A stretch of DNA of 22,199 nt from Prevotella sp. (lineage in GTDB: Bacteria > Bacteroidota > Bacteroidia > Bacteroidales > Dysgonomonadaceae): contig JAITVV010000004.1 in assembly GCA_031285625.1 (NCBI GenBank), positions 1 to 22,199 on the forward strand. Direction: 5' to 3'. This document shows, piece by piece, positions 9,874 to 18,502 of the stretch. How positions within the stretch are numbered: the first letter of the stretch is position 1; every line of letters starts with the position of its first letter. A program made the position numbers and the translations under genes. A model generated the notes under the pieces. The model saw nothing but the letters and a program-made list of their open reading frames with translations, searched no databases and was not told the origin of the DNA.

Positions 9874-10245
9874 ATGAAAAAGAAAATCATAACCATAGAA
9901 AACGGCGTTGTGTCCGTTCCTGCATCAACTGAAATTAGAATGACCATCAGCGAAATTGCGGATTTGTTCGGCATTTACTACCAAATGGTGAAAAGACATA
10001 TCCGTAGCATTGAGAAATCAGGTATTGCGGGTGGGGACGAAAAAATGTCCTGTACGGTTGAGGGAATGAAAATCTATCCCGATTATTACGGTTTGGAAAT
10101 GATTATTGCCATTGCGTTCCGGGTTCAGAGCCACAATGCAGGAATTTTCAGAGAATGGCTCATAAGAAAGGTGGTAACAGTAGCCAACGCATCCGAAATG
10201 AAAATACTGATATGCAGAGAATGGAATAATATCTCTCTGAATTAA
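9874..10245 (+). CDS. Small mobile-element protein, RhuM N-terminal-like / HTH
   Basis: MTISEIADLFG...YYGLEMIIAIAFRVQS...FREW; directly follows the integrase pair. Confidence 0.7.
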   Translation: MKKKIITIENGVVSVPASTEIRMTISEIADLFGIYYQMVKRHIRSIEKSGIAGGDEKMSCTVEGMKIYPDYYGLEMIIAIAFRVQSHNAGIFREWLIRKVVTVANASEMKILICREWNNISLN

Positions 10246-10279
10246 CAGTGGCAGCGAGTTTACAGCCTTCTACTCAACG

Positions 10280-10322
10280 AAATTCCCCAAGCTTTCACAA
10301 TACAGGAAGTTTGGGGATTTTT
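10280..10322. terminator. Probable intrinsic terminator
   Basis: Imperfect stem AAATTCCCCAAGCTT / AAGTTTGGGGATTT followed by Ts. Confidence 0.55.
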
Positions 10323-10574
10323 GTATACTGGCGTGGTTGATAGTCAGGTTATAGATTCTAATTGAAAACTGTGCCACTTTTTTGAAAGAATATCTACGAT
10401 TATAAAGTTGGAAAATCTCAAAGTTTTCTTTTTACTTTTGCTAAACAAAGGTACATTCCGTGAATAAAACGGCAAGTCCCTATGTTTGTAATTGCTTAGC
10501 GTAAAAGTTAAGCATAAATCACAAGATTCTTATATTTAAAGGTTCAATATTACAAACATAAAAATTAATGACTT

Positions 10575-11654
10575 ATGCTTACTCAAAGAAAAGGATTAAA
10601 TTTTGAAGGACAAAATATCTATATAGGTATTGATGTCCATCTAAAGAGTTGGACTGTTAGAATATTAACAGAAACTGTGCCTCACAAAACATTTACACAA
10701 CCGGCACGAGCGGAGATTTTATCTGCTTATCTGTCCGAACATTTTCCTAATGGTAATTATTATTCTGCTTATGAAGCAGGCTTTTGCGGATTCTCTACAC
10801 ACTACCAGTTACAGGAATGCGGAATAAATAACATCGTTATAAATCCCTCCGATGTACCAACCTCTCAAAAAGAAAAATGGCAAAAGAATGATCCCGTCGA
10901 TAGCAGGAAGATCGCCCGTTCATTACGTGCAAAAGAGCTAATAGCCATCCATGTTCCGGATAAGATAGCTTTGTCAGACCGTTCTTTGATTCGGATGAGA
11001 AGTAGTCTGGTAAAGGATATGACAAGATTTAAGTTACGTCTAAAATCTCTCCTGTATTTTTATGGGATAAGGTTTCCAAAAGAATTTGAAAATAATAATA
11101 CTCATTGGTCCAAGCGTTTCATTAAATGGTTGCGGGAGGATATTGTTTTGGATACTTCCGCTCGTCAGGCATTAGACCTGTTTATAAGAGAAGTTGAAAA
11201 CCAGCGCATACTTTTACTTGAAGTGAACAAAAATATACGTCATTTATGTAAAACAGAAGCATATAAAAATAATATTGATTTACTGCAAAGCATTCCGGGT
11301 ATTGGTATTACCAGTGCTATTATACTCATGACACACATAGAAACTATTGATCGTTTTAAAAATACAGACTACTTGGCTTCATATGTAGGGTTGATTCCCA
11401 ACAGCCATTCCAGTGGTGAAAGCGAGAATAAAGGAGAAATGACTTTTAGAGGGCAAAACCACTTGAAAGCTATTTTGGTGGAATCCTCGTGGATTGCAGT
11501 CAGGGTGGATCCTGCTTTATCTTTAAGTTACAATACCTACATACATCGGATGCAACCCAATAAAGCGATCATCCGTATAGCAAGAAAACTGTTGAACCGG
11601 ATTTATTATGTACTGAAAAATCAAAGAGAGTATGTATGCAGTATTGTTAATTGA
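10575..11654 (+). CDS. IS110-family DEDD recombinase/transposase (359 aa)
   Basis: GIDVH, YEAG, KNDPVD, SIPGIG, HSSGE, IARKL. Confidence 0.96.
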   Translation: MLTQRKGLNFEGQNIYIGIDVHLKSWTVRILTETVPHKTFTQPARAEILSAYLSEHFPNGNYYSAYEAGFCGFSTHYQLQECGINNIVINPSDVPTSQKEKWQKNDPVDSRKIARSLRAKELIAIHVPDKIALSDRSLIRMRSSLVKDMTRFKLRLKSLLYFYGIRFPKEFENNNTHWSKRFIKWLREDIVLDTSARQALDLFIREVENQRILLLEVNKNIRHLCKTEAYKNNIDLLQSIPGIGITSAIILMTHIETIDRFKNTDYLASYVGLIPNSHSSGESENKGEMTFRGQNHLKAILVESSWIAVRVDPALSLSYNTYIHRMQPNKAIIRIARKLLNRIYYVLKNQREYVCSIVN

Positions 11655-11682
11655 TTCCTATATGGATATACAATAAATAAAT

Positions 11683-11801
11683 GACCGCTTGGCTTGGTGT
11701 GTAGCTAAATGTCTACTCCGGCAAGAATGCGGCTTTTGCCTATATAAAACTGAACAGGAAAATGTAGCACAAGTCTACTGATAGAAGTATGTCTTTATAG
11801 G
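11683..11801 (+). ncRNA. Putative bridge/seek RNA of element B (core two-loop region; transcript ends unknown)
   Basis: GGCTTGGTGT (11691-11700) is the reverse complement of 12025-12034; CGGCAA (11719-11724) equals 10470-10475; ATAGAAGT (11781-11788) equals the predicted circle junction. Confidence 0.85.
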
Positions 11802-11912
11802 ATATTTGCTGGATGTATAACATAGAAAACACAAGTCGTTTTCTACTATAATGCTATCATTGACTTTTGATAGCATAGATATTTATTGCATAATAAGTGA
11901 GTCCATTGGAAC

Positions 11913-11974
11913 ATATTTTTTCTTTTCAAACGCCCTCGAAGGTTTGGGGGAGGGGATTTGAAAAGAAAAAATAT
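11913..11974. repeat. Long hairpin in the 3' end of element B
   Basis: Perfect 18-bp inverted repeat ATATTTTTTCTTTTCAAA (11913-11930 / 11957-11974). Confidence 0.8.
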
Positions 11975-12187
11975 TTAGGAGAGTCGTGTTATTTTAGCTT
12001 AATTTATTTGGATTACAACATAGAACACCAAGCCTACGGTTTTTTGAAATATCTTCCTTTCTCGTGCCTCAAAAGAGCAAATTTCAAAAAAGTGTTGCCT
12101 GCTTTATTCTCTGCATGGATGAGATGTTTATCAAATCTAAAAAGGAAAAAAATATTGTTTGGTGTGGGTGGGGCTGTGTTTTTGCGA

Positions 12188-12487
12188 CTACTTGAACCTG
12201 TCCCTGTACCCCTCCTCCAACAGTTTTTCCACATCTGAAGACCGGTACAGGATTTTCCCGCCCAACTTGATGTAGGGAATTCGTCCCTCGTTACGGTAAT
12301 CCTACAAACTTCGTCTACTGATTTTCAATTTCGTTGCCAATTCGCTGTCTGTGTAGAAACTCTCACCGTCAAGTGTCGGCTTCTTACTGGTAAACAGGCG
12401 TTCCATCATCGAGACAATCCTCTCCAATGAAGAAAAGGCGGATTTCACCATTTCGTTATTCTCTCTGGTAATTAACTTGTTGCTCAT
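12188..12487 (-). pseudogene. Excisionase-like HTH_17 protein with internal stop
   Basis: LKISRRSL*DYRNEGRIPYIKLGGKILYRSSDVEKLL; TAG at 12302-12304 where Gln is usual. Confidence 0.85.
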
Positions 12488-12535
12488 ACATTTACTCCTT
12501 TCATTATATATCGTACTTCAATTCATTATCTGATT

Positions 12536-12832
12536 CTAATTCTGCATATAACCACCCCAACCTGCAATATGCAGGGTATAAGGTGAATCTTCGGTAGTTA
12601 GCTGATAGTGTTTCGTTCCTACACCAATATAGCAGTCTTCTTCGTCCGAGTAGATTTCATAGCAGGAGAAACAGCCATGCCCGTACTCCTCATCATAACA
12701 ATAGGCGAGCAGATAGTAATTCCCGTCATACCCCTGAAAGATATACACATCAGGATTGCCGTTTACACTTTCCCAGCCGCCCAGCCATGAGGTGGGGACA
12801 GTTTGGCACGATTGATATTCTTCTTCTTTCAT
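12536..12832 (-). CDS. DUF3876-like protein
   Basis: GGWESVNGNPDVYIFQ...YYLL...GGYMQN, located between two HTH genes. Confidence 0.7.
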   Translation of the reverse strand: MKEEEYQSCQTVPTSWLGGWESVNGNPDVYIFQGYDGNYYLLAYCYDEEYGHGCFSCYEIYSDEEDCYIGVGTKHYQLTTEDSPYTLHIAGWGGYMQN

Positions 12833-13140
12833 ATCCGTTTCCCCTTATATTTAGCCAGCTTCCGTTTTCCCTCTACTACCGGTAGAATCTTTTGCACGTC
12901 TTCCGGCTTATAATAGGTTTTGTGGCTGATTTGGGTATAAGCCAGCGTTCCGTTGTCCCGAAGCGTTTGCAGGGTTTGGGGCGAGATGTTCAATAGCTGG
13001 CATACGTCCTGATTGTCCATCCATTCGATACTGTCCCTGTTACCATGTTGGCGACAGAGGTGTTCCATTCTCCTTGTAAAGCTTTCAACTGTCGAGAGCA
13101 TTGCCTCGAATGTTTCGGCTTCGATGTTGATAATTTGCAT
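12829..13140 (-). CDS. Excisionase-like HTH_17 DNA-binding protein
   Basis: MQIINIEAETFEAM...WMDNQDVCQLLNISPQTLQTLRDNGTLAYTQI...YYKPEDV. Confidence 0.88.
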   Translation of the reverse strand: MQIINIEAETFEAMLSTVESFTRRMEHLCRQHGNRDSIEWMDNQDVCQLLNISPQTLQTLRDNGTLAYTQISHKTYYKPEDVQKILPVVEGKRKLAKYKGKRI

Positions 13141-13652
13141 ACACATATTGTTTTTAAAATTATTATTCTCACTAATTCTCATCAAAAGTAAAGTGTCCGG
13201 CTTCCTCATTCCAACAAACCGGATGCTTTGCATTTACTCTCTGTTTTTTGCAGCACCCTATTTGCTTTTACCGGTGATACATTCACCTTTTCTTTTGCGA
13301 AATAAATTAGAAAAAGCTGCTTTCCAATGGCTTTTTATTCAGGTGGCAGTAATAGGAAGAAAGTAGTGGTACTGATTTGGTATGGGTTGGCTAACTTCAT
13401 TGCATATTTTGGGCTGTGTCTGCACAGGCTGCCTTATTCCCCAGTAGTATTAGATTCGCTCTCTTTTATCAGATTCGCAAATCAGTGAAGTTTACACCAC
13501 TTGCACAGTCGCCTCTATTGAAAGTTATAGCAGAATGCTCCATACAAATCGACTTTGTATTCCATGCTGATTAATAGCTGTTTATTTGCAATCGACAATC
13601 GGTTTTCCGTTAATGGAAAGCCATAATATTCATTTTTTAAATACAGTATGCT

Positions 13653-14200
13653 ATGAACAGTGAGCAAACAAAAGAAAATCAGGAGAACAGTCAAATCCCG
13701 AATGACTGGTCGCCAACTTCGGCAAGAATGAAAAGAAAATCGTCCGAACCGATGAGTGAAGAGACGGAAGCGGAATTTCAAAAAATGTTTCAAGAAAGTA
13801 TTACCGGTGGAGACAATCCGGCACCTGATGCGAATAATGACAATGAAAGCACTGTCGCCAACGATGCTACTATCCGGCAGGAAGATCGCAACGACACATC
13901 GGACAGTCTGCAAACCCAATTTACGGAATCAACAGGGGATACACGTTCTACACAATCCAAACGTGTCAGTGGCAAACAACGAAAAGAATCGTTGGAGGAA
14001 TATCGCAAAACGTTTCTCTCTGTCCCAAGCTGAACGACCGTAAGCCTGTCTTTATCAGTTGCGGGGTTCGGGACAGGATTGACGGGATTGTCCGCAGGCT
14101 GGGCGGTAGGGGTGGAAGCGTATCGGGCTTTATTGAGAATCTTGCCCTGTACCACTTGAGTATGTACGAAGAAGACATCGAGACATGGCGAAAGCTGTAA
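13653..14200 (+). pseudogene. DUF3408-family protein, frameshifted near 14025
   Basis: SLEEYRKTFLSVP continues in another frame as KLNDRKPVFIS...IVRRLGGRGGSVSGFIENL...DIETWRKL*. Confidence 0.85.
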
Positions 14201-14216
14201 CATCCGCTTTCAAAAT

Positions 14217-14340
14217 GGATAAGCCCTGTTCAGTTGGGGCTTATCCTTTCCAATGGGACACAGGTGTCCGGCTTCAGCGTAGCGAGGTTATGTTTTGATT
14301 GCATCAAAACCCTCGCTTTGGCTGACCGCCAAAGGGGAAA
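14217..14340. promoter_or_regulatory. Hairpin cluster upstream of mobC; candidate oriT region
   Basis: Inverted repeats at 14217-14246, nested AGCGAGG..GTTTTGAT/ATCAAAAC..CCTCGCT at 14281-14317, and CTTTGGC/GCCAAAG at 14316-14334. Nick site not identified. Confidence 0.5.
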
Positions 14341-14423
14341 CCGCTCCCGATGGTCGCAGTTTCGGGTCGGGGTCGCAACCCCTTTATACTATTGAGAAGT
14401 TGAAAAACTGAAAGTTTGCAAAG

Positions 14424-14819
14424 TTGGAAAAAGACAATCAAGATACCGACAGGAAGAAAGGTGGTCGCCCGAAGAAGAGTACCGTCAGCTGGAAGAGCAA
14501 GACTATCGGGGTCTGCTTCTCCGAGCCGGAACTCTATGCCATCCGGCACAGGGCGGCTAAAGCCAATCTTCCTGTTAGTGTCTATTGTCATGATGCGGTT
14601 TTGAATGGAGTAATCAAAGAACCTCTCAAGAAAGAGGACTTGGAAACATTGAAAGGTCTGGTGAATGAGGGAAACAATCTGAATCAAATAGCTAAGACCG
14701 CCAAGTTTTTAGGTGCTAAACGGCTTGAAAATGCAGCATTACCACTGTAGGAAACCATGCAAAATATCATAAACAAACTGTCTGATGATTGGAAAAATAG
14801 TAAAAGGAAGAAGCTTTAA
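14424..14819 (+). pseudogene. mobC: MobC-like relaxosome accessory protein with premature stop
   Basis: KKGGRPKK...GNNLNQIAK; TAG at 14748-14750, with the frame continuing ETMQNIINKLSDDWK to overlap the relaxase start. Confidence 0.75.
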
Positions 14820-15663
14820 GGGATGCGTTTCGTATGTCATGGATGCAAAAGATACCAGACTTTTAGCAGGTGAAGGAGTATTTGAAACGGATGTGAAATC
14901 TATTATCAACAGCTTTTACATGCAAAGTTTACTCAATCCGAAGCTGTCGAAATGTGTCGGACACATCCCACTTTCGTTCTCTCCCGATGACAGGGAACGG
15001 CTAACAGATCACTTTATGAAATGCTTAGCTAAAGAATATATGAAAGCAATGGGCATAGAAAATACACAGTATATTATTGTAAGGCACAACAATACGAATC
15101 ATCCGCATTGCCATATTGTATTCAACTGGGTGAATAACGATGGCAAAACCATGTCCGACAAGAATGACCAATATCGGAATGAGAAAATCTGTAAACAGTT
15201 AAAAGACAAGTATAATTTGACGTATGGCAAAGGAAAAGAGAAGGTTAATGTTCAAAAACTCAAGGGAGTGGAACATACCAAGTATGAAATCTACCATGCA
15301 GTAAAAGATGCTCTGCCAAAAGTCATGAACTGGCAACAGTTTGAATACCTATTAGATAAACAGGGAATATCCATTGAGTACAAACACAGGGGGCAGACCG
15401 ATGAAGTACAGGGTATCTCATTCCGAAAAGGGGAACATTGTTTCAAGGGTTCAGACATCGACCGGAAATTCAGTTTCTCCAAATTGGATGTAATTCTAAA
15501 TGAGAATAGCTACATTCAGAAACAGCAGCAAGAGCAAAGACAGCAGGTAGTTAGTCCGAATGAAACACAGCATACAGGCAATGCTGTTTCAGAAAATATT
15601 GTATCAGGAATAGCAAATGTGGTATCCGGTATCGGAAGAGATTCTATTTATATAAAGCTCTAA
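14785..15663 (+). CDS. Relaxase/mobilization nuclease (MOBP-type), probably C-terminally truncated
   Basis: MIGKIVKGRSFKGCVSY, HIPLSF, RHNNTNHPHCHIVFN (HUH motif); 3' end runs into an opposite-strand integrase remnant. Confidence 0.88.
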   Translation: MIGKIVKGRSFKGCVSYVMDAKDTRLLAGEGVFETDVKSIINSFYMQSLLNPKLSKCVGHIPLSFSPDDRERLTDHFMKCLAKEYMKAMGIENTQYIIVRHNNTNHPHCHIVFNWVNNDGKTMSDKNDQYRNEKICKQLKDKYNLTYGKGKEKVNVQKLKGVEHTKYEIYHAVKDALPKVMNWQQFEYLLDKQGISIEYKHRGQTDEVQGISFRKGEHCFKGSDIDRKFSFSKLDVILNENSYIQKQQQEQRQQVVSPNETQHTGNAVSENIVSGIANVVSGIGRDSIYIKL

Positions 15664-15873
15664 TTCCGTTATCTTCCGATTTAAGAGGATTAGCAATGCC
15701 TTATCTTTTGGAATTTTCTTTTTCGCATCCCATTGCTCTTTTCGGACATCTAATTTCGCTGAAACTTTGGTTTCCTTTATTCCAACCCGAATGCGAAGAT
15801 ATATTGGGTATTTGCCGTTGCGTTTAATCGGCTTGTCATTTCTGATACAACTAATAATCGAATATTCTGCCAT
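15638..15873 (-). pseudogene. Tyrosine integrase, N-terminal arm-binding domain only
   Basis: KRNGKYPIYLRIRV...LDVRKEQWD...LNRKITELE, with no catalytic domain following. Confidence 0.75.
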
Positions 15874-16054
15874 TTTCTAAAATAGTTCATTAACTCGCAT
15901 GAGCTAAGTTAGTTGGCAGTTTGGAGACGGTAAAATAATTGCCAAGAAAATTTTTCGTTTAAAATGTAAGTAAATAGCAAATCAAAGCACAAAAGATGAA
16001 AATTATCGATTTTTATCTCTAAATTTGTAACTGAATAACAAATTTGAATGTAAA

Positions 16055-17275
16055 ATGATTGTCAAATTTAGCGTGCAGAATTTCGGCTCTATCAAAGACG
16101 AACAAATATTGTCTTTTGAAGCTGATAAGTCAGAACATTTAGAGGATTATTATATAATTCCGATTAATGGTTTGAGATTATTGAAGTTGGGATTAATATA
16201 TGGGGCTAATGCTTCGGGGAAAACTACAATATTGAAAGCTCTTAATTTTTTGAGGGAGATAGTGATATTTCCCAAAGAAAAAAAGATTGATAATTTTGAT
16301 TTTAGCCCTTTCTTATTTGATGCAGAAACACCTAAACAGAATACAATTCTATCTATTGAGTTTATACAAAATTCAGTACGGTATTATTATGAAGTAGAAT
16401 TGAATAAGAAGGCTATCATAAGAGAAGAATTGAATTTTTACAATCCCAATAAAGCAAACGTCTTTAAAAGAACTACTAATCTTAATACTCAATTTTCCGA
16501 AATAACCTTCGGTAGCAAGATTAAGATTGACAAGGTTTTTGAAAAAACGTTAGAATCAAATACGCTTTGGAACAATACAGTATTAGGAGGATTCCTCAAA
16601 ACCAATATTGAGCTTAAAGAATTGAAAGACGCCATAGATTGGTTTTCTATTACATTAAGCCCGATGGTTCGTAATCATACTTATTTGGAAGCAATAGTAA
16701 GTGAATTTATTGATGAACTGGCTATAAATAAGAAAAGTATTGTAAAAACTTTACAAAAAGCAGATTTTAATATTTCAAATATCTATCTGAAAGAAAAAGT
16801 TAAAACTGTAGGGCTTACCTTTTATGATATTAAATTGGAACATACAATAAATAATGAAAGATACCAGCTACCCTTTGATTTGGAATCAGAAGGAACACAG
16901 AGGTATTATAGTTTAGCAGGGCTGCTATATCTTACAATTAAAAATTCATCTATTTTTCCAATAGATGAATTGGAATCTTCTCTTCACCCTGATTTATATA
17001 CTCATTTTTTATTATCATTCTTGGTAAATTCAAAGAAGTCTCAAATCATTGCGACTACCCATAATCGAGAAATACTGAATAATAAAGATATTTTCAGAAA
17101 CGATGCTATTTGGATTACAGATAAATCTGAAAATTCTGCTACCGAACTTTATTCTCTTTCCGATTTTGACACATCGGTAATAAGGGATACAAGTAATATT
17201 TACAATGCTTATAAAATAGGTAAACTTGGCGGTATTCCTAATCTGGGAGACTACTACATTGATATTGAAGAATGA
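16055..17275 (+). CDS. ABC/AAA_21 ATPase (RloA / AbiLi-like)
   Basis: FSVQNFGSIK, Walker A GANASGKT, signature ESEGT, Walker B IDELESSLHP, TTHN, C-terminal YKIGKLGGIP. Confidence 0.9.
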   Translation: MIVKFSVQNFGSIKDEQILSFEADKSEHLEDYYIIPINGLRLLKLGLIYGANASGKTTILKALNFLREIVIFPKEKKIDNFDFSPFLFDAETPKQNTILSIEFIQNSVRYYYEVELNKKAIIREELNFYNPNKANVFKRTTNLNTQFSEITFGSKIKIDKVFEKTLESNTLWNNTVLGGFLKTNIELKELKDAIDWFSITLSPMVRNHTYLEAIVSEFIDELAINKKSIVKTLQKADFNISNIYLKEKVKTVGLTFYDIKLEHTINNERYQLPFDLESEGTQRYYSLAGLLYLTIKNSSIFPIDELESSLHPDLYTHFLLSFLVNSKKSQIIATTHNREILNNKDIFRNDAIWITDKSENSATELYSLSDFDTSVIRDTSNIYNAYKIGKLGGIPNLGDYYIDIEE

Positions 17276-17904
17276 GACAGAGTAGAAGAATACCTATAAC
17301 AGTAAAGTCCAAATATGCAATTGTTGTAGATGGAGAGACGGAGTTTTGGTATATACAAATGCTAAAGCGAAACGAAAAACTTGTTAGCGTTGATTTGAAG
17401 CCCGAAATACCCCAACGTAAAAAGCTATCGGAACAATATGCCAAAGTTCTTCAACTCTCGAAAGATTATGACAAAGTATATTGGATTGTTGATTTTGATG
17501 TCATAAACAAAGAAACACGAGAGGCGCAGAAAGGAGAAAAAACGGCTCTACAAGAACTGAAAGAATATGTCGATAACATAACAAAGAAATATACTAACAT
17601 TGTCGTAGTTATCATAAACAACCCTTGCTTTGAGTATTGGTTATTATTGCATTTCGAAGCTACCTCAAAGTTCTACTCCTCTTACTCCGATTTAGTTAAA
17701 CAGTTGAAAAAGCATCTGCCTGATTACGATAAATCACAAGTTTATTATACCAAGCAAAATAAGGATATTTATTTGCGACTTTCTTCTCAATTACCGACTG
17801 CTATTGCTAATGCTAAGAAATTGAAAGAATTTGATTTTGACAATCCAAACGCAGGAGTTAGTCAAATGCATTTTTTATTAGAAAATATTGGGATAAAGAA
17901 ATAG
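17272..17904 (+). CDS. rloB: RloB-family (AbiLii-like, TOPRIM-type) protein
   Basis: IVVDGETEFWY, WIVDFD, NPCFEYWLLLHF; ATGA overlap with the ATPase. Confidence 0.88.
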   Translation: MRQSRRIPITVKSKYAIVVDGETEFWYIQMLKRNEKLVSVDLKPEIPQRKKLSEQYAKVLQLSKDYDKVYWIVDFDVINKETREAQKGEKTALQELKEYVDNITKKYTNIVVVIINNPCFEYWLLLHFEATSKFYSSYSDLVKQLKKHLPDYDKSQVYYTKQNKDIYLRLSSQLPTAIANAKKLKEFDFDNPNAGVSQMHFLLENIGIKK

Positions 17905-17922
17905 AATATAAAATAAATTGAT

Positions 17923-18357
17923 ATGAGAAAAGAAAATTTTAATTTCAAGATTTTGAATGATTTAGTTGGTACTAAATACGGAGACTTAACAGGTTTGATT
18001 CAGGCAGACGGGCATAATAACGTAACTGAATTATATGACCTTTGTGCAGAACATGATATTAGTCGGGATAAGTATTTTTTAATTGGCTTTGGCCTTTCAG
18101 ACTTTACAATACAAGGTATCGGTCAAGATGGAGGTATTGATTGCACTGTATTATTATTAGAAAAGGATAAATATGCAAAATCTTTTGATGAAATTAAGGA
18201 AATAATAAAAGATGCACCCAAGGTAGATGTTATTAAGAGAAGATTTAGGGTCAACTATAAAGACTTAGGAAGATACATAAAAAGAATTGATGCTTTAATG
18301 CTAACAGAAATGAGCAATTACATCAAAGACATAAATATTATAGACGAAGAAGATTAA
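17923..18357 (+). CDS. Hypothetical protein (144 aa)
   Basis: Intact low-GC ORF 18 nt downstream of rloB; no family recognised. Confidence 0.75.
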   Translation: MRKENFNFKILNDLVGTKYGDLTGLIQADGHNNVTELYDLCAEHDISRDKYFLIGFGLSDFTIQGIGQDGGIDCTVLLLEKDKYAKSFDEIKEIIKDAPKVDVIKRRFRVNYKDLGRYIKRIDALMLTEMSNYIKDINIIDEED

Positions 18358-18366
18358 TTTAAAAAC

Positions 18367-18389
18367 AGGGGTCGCAAAAAGGGTCGCAA
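18367..18389 (+). repeat. Putative integrase arm-type sites (right)
   Basis: Tandem AGGGGTCGCAA / AGGGTCGCAA about 115 nt inside the right direct repeat. Confidence 0.55.
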
Positions 18390-18502
18390 TTATTGAATAT
18401 AGAGCAAAGCACTTATTATACTGGGTTTTCAAGGGATTAATAAGGCTCTAAAGTTGAGTAGACTAAAACACAATCGTCATATTATCAACTATATAAGTCG
18501 TT

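Larger units (their letters stand above)
10476..12025 (+). mobile_element. IS110-family (IS1111-like) element B
   Basis: Left end CCTATGTTTGTAATTG (10479-10494), right end TTATTTGGATTACAACATAGAA (12004-12025); AA core at 10474-10475 and 12024-12025. Confidence 0.9.
6900..15640 (+). mobile_element. Nested, decayed two-integrase mobilizable element (boundaries approximate)
   Basis: Gene order int-int-RhuM-like, excisionase-like HTHs, DUF3876, DUF3408, mobC, relaxase, typical of Bacteroidales mobilizable elements; right end lost. Confidence 0.65.

Noticed and set aside
10481-10560. Invertible promoter
   Set aside because: One arm is the IS110 sub-terminal repeat, and nothing here shows inversion; read mapping would be needed
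11897-12238. 113-aa plus-strand and 66-aa minus-strand ORFs
   Set aside because: One spans the IS110 right end; both overlap the excisionase pseudogene; no motifs
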